DNA from: Abditibacterium sp.
Lineage (GTDB): Bacteria > Armatimonadota > Abditibacteriia > Abditibacteriales > Abditibacteriaceae
Direction of reading: 5' to 3'
Assembly: GCA_036399575.1 (NCBI GenBank)
Contig: DASWMV010000191.1
Span: 1,230-65,229 of the forward strand
DNA: 64,000 nucleotides
Under the pieces are notes generated by a model. That model did not search any database. It was not told the origin of the DNA and was given only the letters and a program-made list of their open reading frames with translations. Below, one piece after another: positions 36,031 to 45,043 of this stretch. How positions within the stretch are numbered: position 1 is the stretch's first letter; every line of letters begins with the position of its first letter. The translations under genes and the position numbers were made by a program.

Positions 36031-38193
36031 TTGGCTAAACTCGACGCAATTTCCCGGAGGCTTACCGACCGAATGATTCGGCCTTACATCGCAAGTCACG
36101 CCGTTCTCCACGACGCAAAACCAATGATTGAATCCGTTGCTCCCCTTTCCACCTTGCGCCCGCGCGCCCGTTTTTCTTCTCGCCTGATGCCCGTTTTTCT
36201 GGGCTTTGGCGCCGCGATTTCGATTTCCGCTGCGACTGCAGCCCCCAAATCGCCGCTGCAGATCGCGCAAAACCAAGACACACCCACGCCACGCACTCAA
36301 GGCGACGCCAACGCGCCCGCAGCGGCGCCCCAAGAGAAACCTCGCGGTCTTGAAATTCCGGTTGGACCCGAAACGACTCCACCAGCCGGGGCCGCCGCCA
36401 CACCCCCTGCGGATGCTACAGCACCCGCCACGGTGCCCGTCGCGCCAACGCCGCGTGTTACGCCTGATGTGCCGCCAATCATTGGCAATGTCGCTGAAGC
36501 CGAAGGACGCGAAATCGCTGACGTGCGCGTCGTTGGAAACCGCGTTTTGCCTGCCGAAACCATTTTGGGACAGGTGCGCACCCAGCGCGGCGCCGCATTT
36601 TCGGCGCGACAGGCAGAACTCGACCGGGGCCGCGTCGATCAGCTCGGCTTTTTTGCAACCGTTCAATCGCAAGTCGCTCCGGATGTAGAGCAACCCGGCA
36701 AAGTTATCGTCACCTTTATCGTGGTTGAAAACCGCGTCGTGACTTCGTATCGCTTCAACAACGCAACGGCGCTCAAAAGCGTCGATCTCGTGCCTGTTTT
36801 GACTTCCAAAATCGGTCAGGTCTTGAATCGCAACAACGTCAACCAAGACGTGGCAGCGATCCAAAAACTCTATTCCGATCGTGGATTCGCGGTTTTGGTG
36901 CAAAGCGCCGAGTTGGATGAGGGCGGAACTCTGGTTTTTACGCTCCAGGAAGCCCGCATCTCACGAATCGAAATTTCGGGCCTCAAAAAGACGCGCCCCG
37001 AGCTGATTCGCCGCCAAGTGCGCGTCAAAAACGGCGATCCATTTGATGCTTCAAAGCTGCGCCGCGACCTCAATCGCATTTTCGACCTCGGATTTTTCGA
37101 AGATGCGACTTTTAAAGTCGATGACGACACCAACCTGCCTGGTTCGGTCATTGTGACTTATTTGCTCAAAGAAAAGCGCACCGGCCAGCTTTCGTTTGGC
37201 GTGGGCTTCGACTCGCGTTCGCGCATTTCGGGATTTGCGACAGTTCAAGAAACCAACTTGCGTGGCAAAGGTCTCCGCGCGCTGGCTTCGCTCGAAACGG
37301 GTTCGCGCCGAAATTTCGAGCTGTCATTTGGCAATCCGTTCATCGGCGACAAAAATGCGTCCTACGATGTTTCGGTTTACAATCGCACCATTTTCCGCGA
37401 GCCGCGACTGGTGCGTCAGTTGACCAATGGCAACACCACAGACGCCGTTTCGTTCGAGGAACAGCGCACTGGAGGTCGTTTCAACTTCACCAAACCGCTC
37501 GATTACGACCGTAACCGCACTTTGTTGTTCGGCTACCGTAACGAGCGCGCCAAATTGCTCCAACGCGACAGCAACGGTGTTGTTGGACCACCAGTGACAG
37601 CAGATGGCAACCAATTGCAGTCGTCGGGCAAAATTTCGGCGTTTTCAGGTGGTTTTCTGCGCGACATGCGTGATTTGCGTCTCGATCCTTCGCGCGGCAG
37701 CCGCCAACAACTCATCGTTGAACAAGGCATCAGCGCTCTGGGCGGCGACACCACCTTCACCAAAATCGACCTCGATTTGCGCCAGTATTTCCCGCTGATT
37801 CAAGGCCTCAAGGCTACGGACCAACCCAGACTTGTCTTTGCGGCGCGTTTCGTGGGCGGACGTTCGCTCAAACAACTTCCCGCCTTTGAGCAATATTACA
37901 TCGGCGGTTCGGATACCGTGCGTGGCTACGACACCGATGAGCAATTTGGCGACAACCAGTTCTACACTAACCTCGAACTGCGTTACCGTTTGCAAAACAA
38001 GATTCAGGTTGTTGGCTTTGTCGATGCCGGAACCGCTTTTGGAGGCAGCTTTTCCTCCAATACAGGTTCTAATACCTTGTTTTCGTATGGCGGCGGTCTG
38101 CGCGTGAACACGCCGATTGGACCCATTCGACTTGATATTGGAAAAGGCGACCGTGGCGTGCAAACCCATTTCGCCATCGGGCCGACGTTTTAA
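36031..38193 (+). CDS. bamA: Outer membrane protein assembly factor BamA (Omp85 family)
   Basis: POTRA-like repeats (IADVRVVGNRVLPAETILGQV..., ISRIEISGLKKTRPELIRRQV...). The beta-barrel ends ...GPIRLDIGKGDRGVQTHFAIGPTF. There is a Pro/Ala-rich linker after the signal region. The start is uncertain (alternative ATG at 36124). Confidence 0.85.
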   Translation: MAKLDAISRRLTDRMIRPYIASHAVLHDAKPMIESVAPLSTLRPRARFSSRLMPVFLGFGAAISISAATAAPKSPLQIAQNQDTPTPRTQGDANAPAAAPQEKPRGLEIPVGPETTPPAGAAATPPADATAPATVPVAPTPRVTPDVPPIIGNVAEAEGREIADVRVVGNRVLPAETILGQVRTQRGAAFSARQAELDRGRVDQLGFFATVQSQVAPDVEQPGKVIVTFIVVENRVVTSYRFNNATALKSVDLVPVLTSKIGQVLNRNNVNQDVAAIQKLYSDRGFAVLVQSAELDEGGTLVFTLQEARISRIEISGLKKTRPELIRRQVRVKNGDPFDASKLRRDLNRIFDLGFFEDATFKVDDDTNLPGSVIVTYLLKEKRTGQLSFGVGFDSRSRISGFATVQETNLRGKGLRALASLETGSRRNFELSFGNPFIGDKNASYDVSVYNRTIFREPRLVRQLTNGNTTDAVSFEEQRTGGRFNFTKPLDYDRNRTLLFGYRNERAKLLQRDSNGVVGPPVTADGNQLQSSGKISAFSGGFLRDMRDLRLDPSRGSRQQLIVEQGISALGGDTTFTKIDLDLRQYFPLIQGLKATDQPRLVFAARFVGGRSLKQLPAFEQYYIGGSDTVRGYDTDEQFGDNQFYTNLELRYRLQNKIQVVGFVDAGTAFGGSFSSNTGSNTLFSYGGGLRVNTPIGPIRLDIGKGDRGVQTHFAIGPTF

Positions 38194-38215
38194 TTTAAAA
38201 TCTGAAATTCAGAAA

Positions 38216-38259
38216 AAGCAGGCCCGCGAAATGATTTCATTTCGCGGGCCTTATTTTTT
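38216..38259. terminator. Bidirectional rho-independent terminator
   Basis: ggcccgcgaaatga (38221..38234) and tcatttcgcgggcc (38237..38250) are perfect reverse complements. The central tga/tca cannot pair, so the effective stem is about 11 bp (ggcccgcgaaa / tttcgcgggcc) with a small loop. It is flanked by A-run and T-run sequence. Confidence 0.75.
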
Positions 38260-38266
38260 CGTTTGA

Positions 38267-39238
38267 TTATCTAGATTTTTTGAATTTCGAATCTTGGATT
38301 TTAGATTTCAATTTGCGGCGAAACATGATTTTGAAAAGGCCGTTTTTCGCGTAACCGCGATACAGTTTCAACACCGATAAAAATGCGCGGGTTGCGATGC
38401 CCAGTGCGGCGAGGGGCGCGCCCAAAACGCCCAAACCTTTCATGTAATGTTTGCGATAGAACAGCCACATCGCGCTATGATGCCGACGAATCGACTTGCC
38501 CTGCGCCAGATCGCTCGATTTGCCAATATGATGTTGAATCGTGGCGCCGGGCACATAATAGCGCGGCCATTTTCGCAGCATCAGACGATAACAAAGGTCG
38601 ATATCCTCGCAATACATGAAATAATCTTCATCCCACGGTCCGGGGCCGGTATCGATGCTTTCGAGAGCCGCGCGTCGCGCGCAAATCGCCGAACCTGACA
38701 GCCAATCAACAGCGCGTTCGCGGGTTGCATCGGCGTCAGCCATCAGATAGCCGCGCGACCACGGATTGTTTGGAAACCAACGTCCCAGAAAAGAATTGCG
38801 GAAAAGCCCGGCACCAAACGACGGAAACGCGCGCGAAGAATGTTGCAATTCGCCGTCGGGAAACGTCATTCGTGGCCCAATCGCGCCAACATGAGGATGC
38901 GATTCCAGCCAATCAATCAAATAGTCGAGCGCACCATCTTCAACAATCGTATCGGGATTGAGAAAAAGCACATAACGCCCGCGCGCCCGTTTCCAACCGA
39001 GATTGTTACCCGCGCCAAAACCTGAATTGCGGGGGTTCTCGATTAAAATCACGCCCGCGAAATCGCGTTTGACGACTTCGACCGAATCATCGAGACACGA
39101 AGCGTTATCGACAACAATGGTTTCGATTTCGTGCTGCCATTCCTGATCTACAATTGAGTGGAGACACGCTTCGAGATAAGGCCGCGCGTTCCAGTTGAGA
39201 ATTACAACGGACAAATCGGGCGGCAGGGAAGACCACAT
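38267..39238 (-). CDS. Family 2 glycosyltransferase
   Basis: LSVVILNWNARPYLEACLHSI ... IVVDNAS ... NSGFGAGNNLG ... LNPDT. Confidence 0.85.
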   Translation of the reverse strand: MWSSLPPDLSVVILNWNARPYLEACLHSIVDQEWQHEIETIVVDNASCLDDSVEVVKRDFAGVILIENPRNSGFGAGNNLGWKRARGRYVLFLNPDTIVEDGALDYLIDWLESHPHVGAIGPRMTFPDGELQHSSRAFPSFGAGLFRNSFLGRWFPNNPWSRGYLMADADATRERAVDWLSGSAICARRAALESIDTGPGPWDEDYFMYCEDIDLCYRLMLRKWPRYYVPGATIQHHIGKSSDLAQGKSIRRHHSAMWLFYRKHYMKGLGVLGAPLAALGIATRAFLSVLKLYRGYAKNGLFKIMFRRKLKSKIQDSKFKKSR

Positions 39239-39253
39239 AGGGGCGCGAAAAAA

Positions 39254-39451
39254 CTAAACGGCAGCCTTGGCGGGTACGGTCTTTTCGGCACCGACTTCTT
39301 GGACCAGCATAATCGGAATGCCATCGCGCACCGGAAATTCCGTTCCATCGTTTTGACAGCGCAAAACCATTTTGGCTTCGTCTTCATCAAGTTCACCGTG
39401 ACAGGTTGGGCACACCAAAATGGCTTTGAGTTGGGGGGCAATGAGAGGCAT
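39254..39451 (-). CDS. Trm112/YcaR (UPF0434) family small zinc-ribbon-like protein
   Basis: LKAILVCPTCHGELDEDE...LRCQNDGTEFPVRDGIPIMLVQE. Confidence 0.8.
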   Translation of the reverse strand: MPLIAPQLKAILVCPTCHGELDEDEAKMVLRCQNDGTEFPVRDGIPIMLVQEVGAEKTVPAKAAV

Positions 39452-39549
39452 AAGAAGAACTTCCAGTTTAAAAACGCGCGAAATTTGGGGTTATTGCGCG
39501 GCATTATATCACGCCCCATCGCATTTTTGCGCGCCTATACTTTTTCACC

Positions 39550-40845
39550 ATGTCGCCGCGAGATCAATCCACCGTTTTTGCACATAAGGCTCAGCAAATC
39601 GCTCGCGCTGTCGCCGAAAAAAGCGGGCGAGCGTTGCTTGTGGGCGGCTATGTGCGCGACGAATTACTTGGCATCGTGCCCAAAGACGCCGACATCGAAG
39701 TTTATGGCCTCGAAGCTGAAATTTTGCGCGAAACATTATCAACTCTGGGCCGCGTAGGGTGTGTTGGCGAGAGTTTTCGGGTTTACAAACTCGTCTGGCA
39801 CTCCAGAGGTGAACGCTACGAAATCGACGTTTCGCTGCCGCGCCGCGACAAAAAAACGGGTGACGGACACAAAGGGTTTGAAGTGGAAGGCGACCCATTC
39901 GCTTCTTTTGAAGATGCCGCGCGGCGCCGTGATTTCACACTCAACGCGATTTTGAAAGACCCGCTTTCGGGCGAGATAATCGACCCGTTTGGCGGCCAAA
40001 ACGACCTGAAAGACCGTGTTTTGCGCGCGGTTGACGCGCGCCATTTTGGTGAAGATTCATTGCGTGTTTTGCGCGCGATGCAGTTCGCCGCGCGTTTCGG
40101 GCTTCAAATCGAATCGCAAACCGCGCAAATCTGCCGTGCCACGCCGCTTTCAGACTTGCCGCGTGAACGCATTTGGGGCGAATGGGAAAAATGGCTGCTC
40201 AAAAGCGAGAAACCTTCGGTTGGCTTTCGCGCCGGACGCCAAATCGGTGTTTTTACGAGGCTTTTTCCCTACCTTGAAATCGCCGCCGCACGACGCGAAT
40301 CGTCAATCGAAGCCGCGCTCGATGGTGCAGCGCACGAAAAAACGGGTTTGCCGCACGAAAAACAGGTCGCACTGATGCTGGCGACGTTGGGCAGTTTTTG
40401 CGGATGGGGCGGCACCAAACGCCTTCTCGCGGCTTTGGGCATTCAGAAACTGCGCGGCGCCAACGGCGCCTACGACGTTCAAAAATCGGTCATTCAACTG
40501 GTCGGGAAGCGCAAAACGCCACGCGATTTCTATGAAAAACGCGACCGGATCGAGGACAAAGACTTCCGGTTTTTTTCAGCACTTGTTGAGCCAGATTTAG
40601 CCATCCGGCTTTCTCGCGCGCGCGGCGAATTCGTCGCCGCAAGTTGGTTCGAGGAAAATCTGCGCCGCCTTGATGTCTATGATGGTCCTCCCGCACCGTT
40701 TTTGCTGGGACGTCACTTGCTCGAAATGGGCCTCAAACCTGGCCCCAACATCGGAAAAATCGTTGAGCGCATTTATTTCTTGCAATTGTCAGGTGAAATT
40801 GAGAACCTCGAAGCGGCCAAGACAAAAGCCCAAGAATTGGCATAA
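39550..40845 (+). CDS. cca: CCA-adding tRNA nucleotidyltransferase (poly(A) polymerase family)
   Basis: LLVGGYVRDELLG..PKDADIEV, RRDFTLNAI, and a C-terminal helical body. Confidence 0.85.
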   Translation: MSPRDQSTVFAHKAQQIARAVAEKSGRALLVGGYVRDELLGIVPKDADIEVYGLEAEILRETLSTLGRVGCVGESFRVYKLVWHSRGERYEIDVSLPRRDKKTGDGHKGFEVEGDPFASFEDAARRRDFTLNAILKDPLSGEIIDPFGGQNDLKDRVLRAVDARHFGEDSLRVLRAMQFAARFGLQIESQTAQICRATPLSDLPRERIWGEWEKWLLKSEKPSVGFRAGRQIGVFTRLFPYLEIAAARRESSIEAALDGAAHEKTGLPHEKQVALMLATLGSFCGWGGTKRLLAALGIQKLRGANGAYDVQKSVIQLVGKRKTPRDFYEKRDRIEDKDFRFFSALVEPDLAIRLSRARGEFVAASWFEENLRRLDVYDGPPAPFLLGRHLLEMGLKPGPNIGKIVERIYFLQLSGEIENLEAAKTKAQELA

Positions 40846-41065
40846 TCGCTTTCTGAAATTATTTTTAGGCATCACAAGCTGACAACGCCTCATTTCACAG
40901 CCCTGCCATGCAACTTTGAGCGTTTCACGCGCTCTCTACAAAGGTTAATTTTCATTAACCAAACCTCAAGCAAGGTTGTAAAATCCCAAAGACCTCCAAA
41001 CCATTAAATTTCAAACGTTTGAATGAATCTCACACCATTAAATTAAACGTTTCAAAATCCAATTC

Positions 41066-43066
41066 ATGCAAAATTTCTCGATTCGAACGGTTACCACATC
41101 CGCGCTGATACTCAGCGCTTTTTCCATCACGGACGCGATGGCTGATGCCCTTCTGCATCCACTTTTTTCCTCCAACGCGGTTTTGCAGCGTGATCGCAAA
41201 GTTCCGGTTTGGGGCGATGCGCCAGCCAATACCAAGGTCGAAGTCCTCCTCGACGACCAGAAAACAACCGCTATCGCAGATGCTAACGGGCGTTGGAGCG
41301 CCAAAATCGGCCCGCGCAAAGCAGGTTTGGGGCATACGCTGGTTGTTTCAACGCCGACGCAAAAGGAGACGCGACAGAACATCGCATTTGGCGATGTCTG
41401 GATTTGCAGCGGCCAGTCGAACATGGAGTGGCGCTTATTCTGGGGTGCCCCTACTAAACCTGTTGATAATGCCGAAGCGGAAGCAAAAAATGCGAATTTT
41501 CCGGCAATCCGGCTTTTAACTGTGCCCCGCGTTTCGGCGCTGACACCACAGAAAACGGTTACTGTTGATTGGAAAGTTTGCACTCCCGAAACCGTAAAAG
41601 ACATCTCGGCAGTGGGCTATTTCTTCGGGCGCGAAATTCATCAGAAGACTGGAGTTCCCATCGGTCTGATCGATGCGTCCTGGGGCGGCACGTCAGCCCA
41701 AGTCTGGACTTCGGCAGAAGTTCTTGAGAGTATGCCCGCGTTCAAAACTTCGATTGAAGCCGTGAAAAATACGCGCGCCGATGTGCCTTATGCTGTCCAA
41801 TATGAACAGTTCGTAAAAAATGCCGATGACCGGATGAAAACCACCGATGTTGGTCTCAAAAGCGGTTGGCATCGTCCCGAATTCAACGATTCTGCATGGA
41901 AAAATATGGAGTTGCCCATCTACTGGGAAACAACGAGCGACGCAGAACTGAAAACCTTCGATGGGGTGATTTGGTTCAGGCGCCAAGTCAGCCTTGACGA
42001 AGCCGCCGTAAAAGCCGGGGATTTGACCATTAACCTCGGGCCGATTGACGATTATGACACGGTGTATTGGAATGGCGAAAAGATCGGCGGAGGAGCGGGC
42101 TGGAACACGCCGCGCACTTATAAAATCCCTGCTTCCATGCTCAAGGTCGGACAAAACACCCTCGCGATTCGCGTGCTTGACAGCGCGGGCGGTGGAGGTT
42201 TCGGAGCCAAAGCCGATGCCATGCAGTTACTGCTTGCAGATGGAAAAATCCTACCGCTTTCGGGAGCCTGGAAGTATAAAATCGGCGGAGCAATTGATAT
42301 TCTGCCGATTCCGCCTGTGGACATTAAAAACCACACCACCGCCCCGACGATTCTTTTCAACGGCATGATTTCGCCGCTTTTGCCCTATGGAATTAAAGGC
42401 GCGATCTGGTATCAAGGCGAAGCCAACGCGGGAGATCCGAAACAATACGAAACGCTGCTTCCCGCTCTGATCGGCGATTGGCGCTCTCGTTTCGGTTCGG
42501 GCGATTTTCCGTTTTACATCGTCCAGTTGGCGGGATTTATGAAACGCGACGAGCAACCAAGCCAAAGTATGGGAGGTTGGCCCGCTTTTCGTGAGTCTCA
42601 AGAAAAAGTCTCGAAAAAAGTCAGAAATTCTGGCATTGCAGTCGCCACCGACATTGGCGATGAGGTGGATATTCACCCGCGCAACAAGCAGGATGTCGGT
42701 AAACGTCTGGCAGCTCTGGCTCTAAAAAATGATTACGCCCAACAGGTGACTGCCACTGGGCCAACACTCAAACGCACGCGCAGAGTTGGCAACACCCTGG
42801 TGGTAGAACTCTCCAACACCGGTGGCGAATTGCTAAAGAGGGGCGACCTCAACAAAGCTTTTATCATCGCAGGCGAAGACAAAAAATGGGCTTGGGCGCA
42901 GGTTATTTCCGTCGAGAACCAAGGAGATAGCGCCCGACTTGTTCTCACCGCACCTGAAGTCTCCGTCCCGATTGCAGTTCGATTCGGGTGGGCGAACTTC
43001 CCCCTCGGCCATCTTTACAATAAAGCTGGAATACCCGCCGCGCCTTTTCGCTCGGATAAATGGTGA
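41066..43066 (+). CDS. Sialate O-acetylesterase-like (SASA/DUF303) carbohydrate esterase, exported
   Basis: Signal peptide. Catalytic block VWICSGQSNMEW. GAIWYQGEAN. Inserted galactose-binding-like domain. Confidence 0.8.
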   Translation: MQNFSIRTVTTSALILSAFSITDAMADALLHPLFSSNAVLQRDRKVPVWGDAPANTKVEVLLDDQKTTAIADANGRWSAKIGPRKAGLGHTLVVSTPTQKETRQNIAFGDVWICSGQSNMEWRLFWGAPTKPVDNAEAEAKNANFPAIRLLTVPRVSALTPQKTVTVDWKVCTPETVKDISAVGYFFGREIHQKTGVPIGLIDASWGGTSAQVWTSAEVLESMPAFKTSIEAVKNTRADVPYAVQYEQFVKNADDRMKTTDVGLKSGWHRPEFNDSAWKNMELPIYWETTSDAELKTFDGVIWFRRQVSLDEAAVKAGDLTINLGPIDDYDTVYWNGEKIGGGAGWNTPRTYKIPASMLKVGQNTLAIRVLDSAGGGGFGAKADAMQLLLADGKILPLSGAWKYKIGGAIDILPIPPVDIKNHTTAPTILFNGMISPLLPYGIKGAIWYQGEANAGDPKQYETLLPALIGDWRSRFGSGDFPFYIVQLAGFMKRDEQPSQSMGGWPAFRESQEKVSKKVRNSGIAVATDIGDEVDIHPRNKQDVGKRLAALALKNDYAQQVTATGPTLKRTRRVGNTLVVELSNTGGELLKRGDLNKAFIIAGEDKKWAWAQVISVENQGDSARLVLTAPEVSVPIAVRFGWANFPLGHLYNKAGIPAAPFRSDKW

Positions 43067-43113
43067 ATCAATTCTTAAAGCTGCTCAGTAGCTTCTGAGA
43101 GATGTCACAAAAC

Positions 43114-43152
43114 AAAAATCCCCAAGTTGCTAATCAACTTTGGGGATTTTTG
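43114..43152. terminator. Bidirectional terminator hairpin
   Basis: Stem aaaaatccccaagtt pairs with aactt(t)ggggattttt (one bulge), followed by a T-run. Confidence 0.7.
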
Positions 43153-43589
43153 CTTTGTTCTGGCGCCGAGTTCGTAATGTTGCAATTTCGAGAGAAGCTC
43201 ACGCTCATCGGAAAACTACGGGCGTAGAACCAACACTTTGCCCCTGGCACCAATAGAAAAAGTCGGGATTGAGCGTGCCAAACAAAATCGCCGTCGAAAG
43301 TCAGAGTTGCTTTAAAGGCGTAGTTAGCACCTTCAAGGTGGCGCGTTGCGAAAGCAGCGGCCTCGTTCCGTGCGCCTTGCATCGTCGAGGTGCCTCCGGT
43401 GAAGGGGGTTTGGTTGCTGCGGCCCTGAACGGCAGGGTTGCCCCAGAAGAAGCGTAAGCCTGCCTGAGCGCCGCTCAGACCAAGAGCCTCGATGAAATTC
43501 GGCGTTTGCGCGGGAAATTGAATTTGGCTATCCATCAGTGCGGGCAAACCGCCAGTGCCACAACTGGTCGCCATAGATTGGCGGCCCAA
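43134..43589 (-). pseudogene. Possible remnant of a DUF1559 / H-X9-DG prepilin-like gene (N-terminus missing)
   Basis: RHLEGANYAF...FDGDFVW resembles the C-terminal HxGGANxxFxDGHVKW motif of the family, but with a 5-6 residue insertion. There is no prepilin methylation motif or TM helix at the start. Confidence 0.3.
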
Positions 43590-43664
43590 AGAGAGTGTTT
43601 GTGGGTGGGCAATCTATGAACTTCTGCAAACGCTGTGGTTGTGGCTACGCTTAACTTAAAGCCA

Positions 43665-44975
43665 ATGTCAGAACTCATCATTATCGGCGGCGGTTTGGCG
43701 GGCTGCGAAGCCGCTTATCAAGCCGCGCAGGGCGGTGCGCGCGTCAAATTATTTGAGATGCGGCCCAAAGTCTCGACCAAAATCCATCAAACCAACGATT
43801 TGGCCGAACTCGTTTGCTCCAATTCGCTCAAATCGAACACGCTCGATAAAGCGTCGGGCCTTTTAAAATGGGAAATGCGGCGTCTCGATTCGCTGATTAT
43901 CAGCGCCGCCGATGCATCGTCGGTCGCGGCGGGAAGTGCGCTTGCGGTTGACCGCCGCAAATTTGCGGCGAATATCACGGCGCGACTCGAAAACCACCCC
44001 AACATCGAAATTTGCCGCGATGAAATCACCGAAATCCCGAATACGCCCGCGATTGTCGCCTCAGGGCCGCTGACCTCCGAATCTCTGGCGGCGAGCATTC
44101 AAAATACGCTCGGCGGCGGTTTTCTCAACTTTTTCGATGCCGTCGCGCCTATCGTCGATGCCGATTCGCTTGACTACGACACGCTGTTTCATGCCTCGCG
44201 CTACGACAAAGGCGACGCAGCCTATTGGAATTCGGCTTTAAGCGAAGAAAAATACGACGAATTCCGTGATGCCTTACTCGCAGCGGAGAAATCGGAATCG
44301 CACAACGACGAAGATGTGCCCTATTTCGAGAGCTGTATGCCGATCGAAGAGTTGGCAAATCGCGGCAGATTGACTATGCGATTTGGGCCGCTGCGCGGTG
44401 CGGGACTCACCGATCCGAAAACAGGACGCTGGCCATTTGCCGCCGTCCAACTGCGCGCTGAAAATACCGAAGCCACGATGTATAACCTCGTCGGTTTTCA
44501 AACAAGACTGAAATGGGGCGAACAAACGCGGGTTTTGCGACTTTTGCCGGGCCTCCAAAACGTCGAAATCGTGCGTTTTGGCGTGATTCACAAAAACATT
44601 TTTCTTAATTCGCCGAGCGTTTTGAAGCCGACATTCCAATCGCAAACTCGGGAAGATTTGTTTTTCGCGGGACAATTGACAGGCGTCGAAGGCTACGTTG
44701 AGAGCGCGGCAGCGGGTCTGATGGCAGGCCAGAACGCCGCGCGAGTTTTGAAGGGTGAAACGCCACAAATTTTCCCGCGAGACACCATTTTGGGCAGCCT
44801 CGCGCACTATATTACTTCGGCGGACGCCAAACATTTCCAGCCGATGAACTCCAATTGGGCGCTCCTTCCGCCGCTTGAAGCCCCAGAAGGCCGCAAAAAG
44901 TGGAAGAAAGACGAGAAAGCGCCGCTTTACGTCGAGCGCGGACAAAAGGCGCTGGAAAACTTCCTGCGTTTGTAG
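43665..44975 (+). CDS. trmFO: Methylenetetrahydrofolate-tRNA-(uracil54-C5)-methyltransferase TrmFO
   Basis: FAD-binding start LIIIGGGLAGCEAAYQAA and Gid/TrmFO-type body (LVCSNSLKS, FAGQLTGVEGYVESAA). ATG at 43665. Confidence 0.9.
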   Translation: MSELIIIGGGLAGCEAAYQAAQGGARVKLFEMRPKVSTKIHQTNDLAELVCSNSLKSNTLDKASGLLKWEMRRLDSLIISAADASSVAAGSALAVDRRKFAANITARLENHPNIEICRDEITEIPNTPAIVASGPLTSESLAASIQNTLGGGFLNFFDAVAPIVDADSLDYDTLFHASRYDKGDAAYWNSALSEEKYDEFRDALLAAEKSESHNDEDVPYFESCMPIEELANRGRLTMRFGPLRGAGLTDPKTGRWPFAAVQLRAENTEATMYNLVGFQTRLKWGEQTRVLRLLPGLQNVEIVRFGVIHKNIFLNSPSVLKPTFQSQTREDLFFAGQLTGVEGYVESAAAGLMAGQNAARVLKGETPQIFPRDTILGSLAHYITSADAKHFQPMNSNWALLPPLEAPEGRKKWKKDEKAPLYVERGQKALENFLRL

Positions 44976-44979
44976 CAAA

Positions 44980-45005
44980 AAGGACATGGCAGGCCATGTC
45001 CCTAC
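44980..45005. repeat. Solo half-unit of the palindromic element family
   Basis: aaggacatggcaggccatgtccctac is identical to the right arm of copies 1 and 4. It begins 5 nt after the trmFO stop. Confidence 0.7.
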
Positions 45006-45043
45006 ACACGCAGGAAATTATTGCGATTTGAAAATGGGATGCG

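Noticed and set aside
35917-36903. 328-aa minus-strand ORF opposite the 5' part of bamA
   Set aside because: It lies almost entirely (from about 36031) within an ORF with clear POTRA/Omp85 signatures. Its composition is Arg/Gly/Cys-rich, typical of antisense frames in GC-rich DNA, with no motif.
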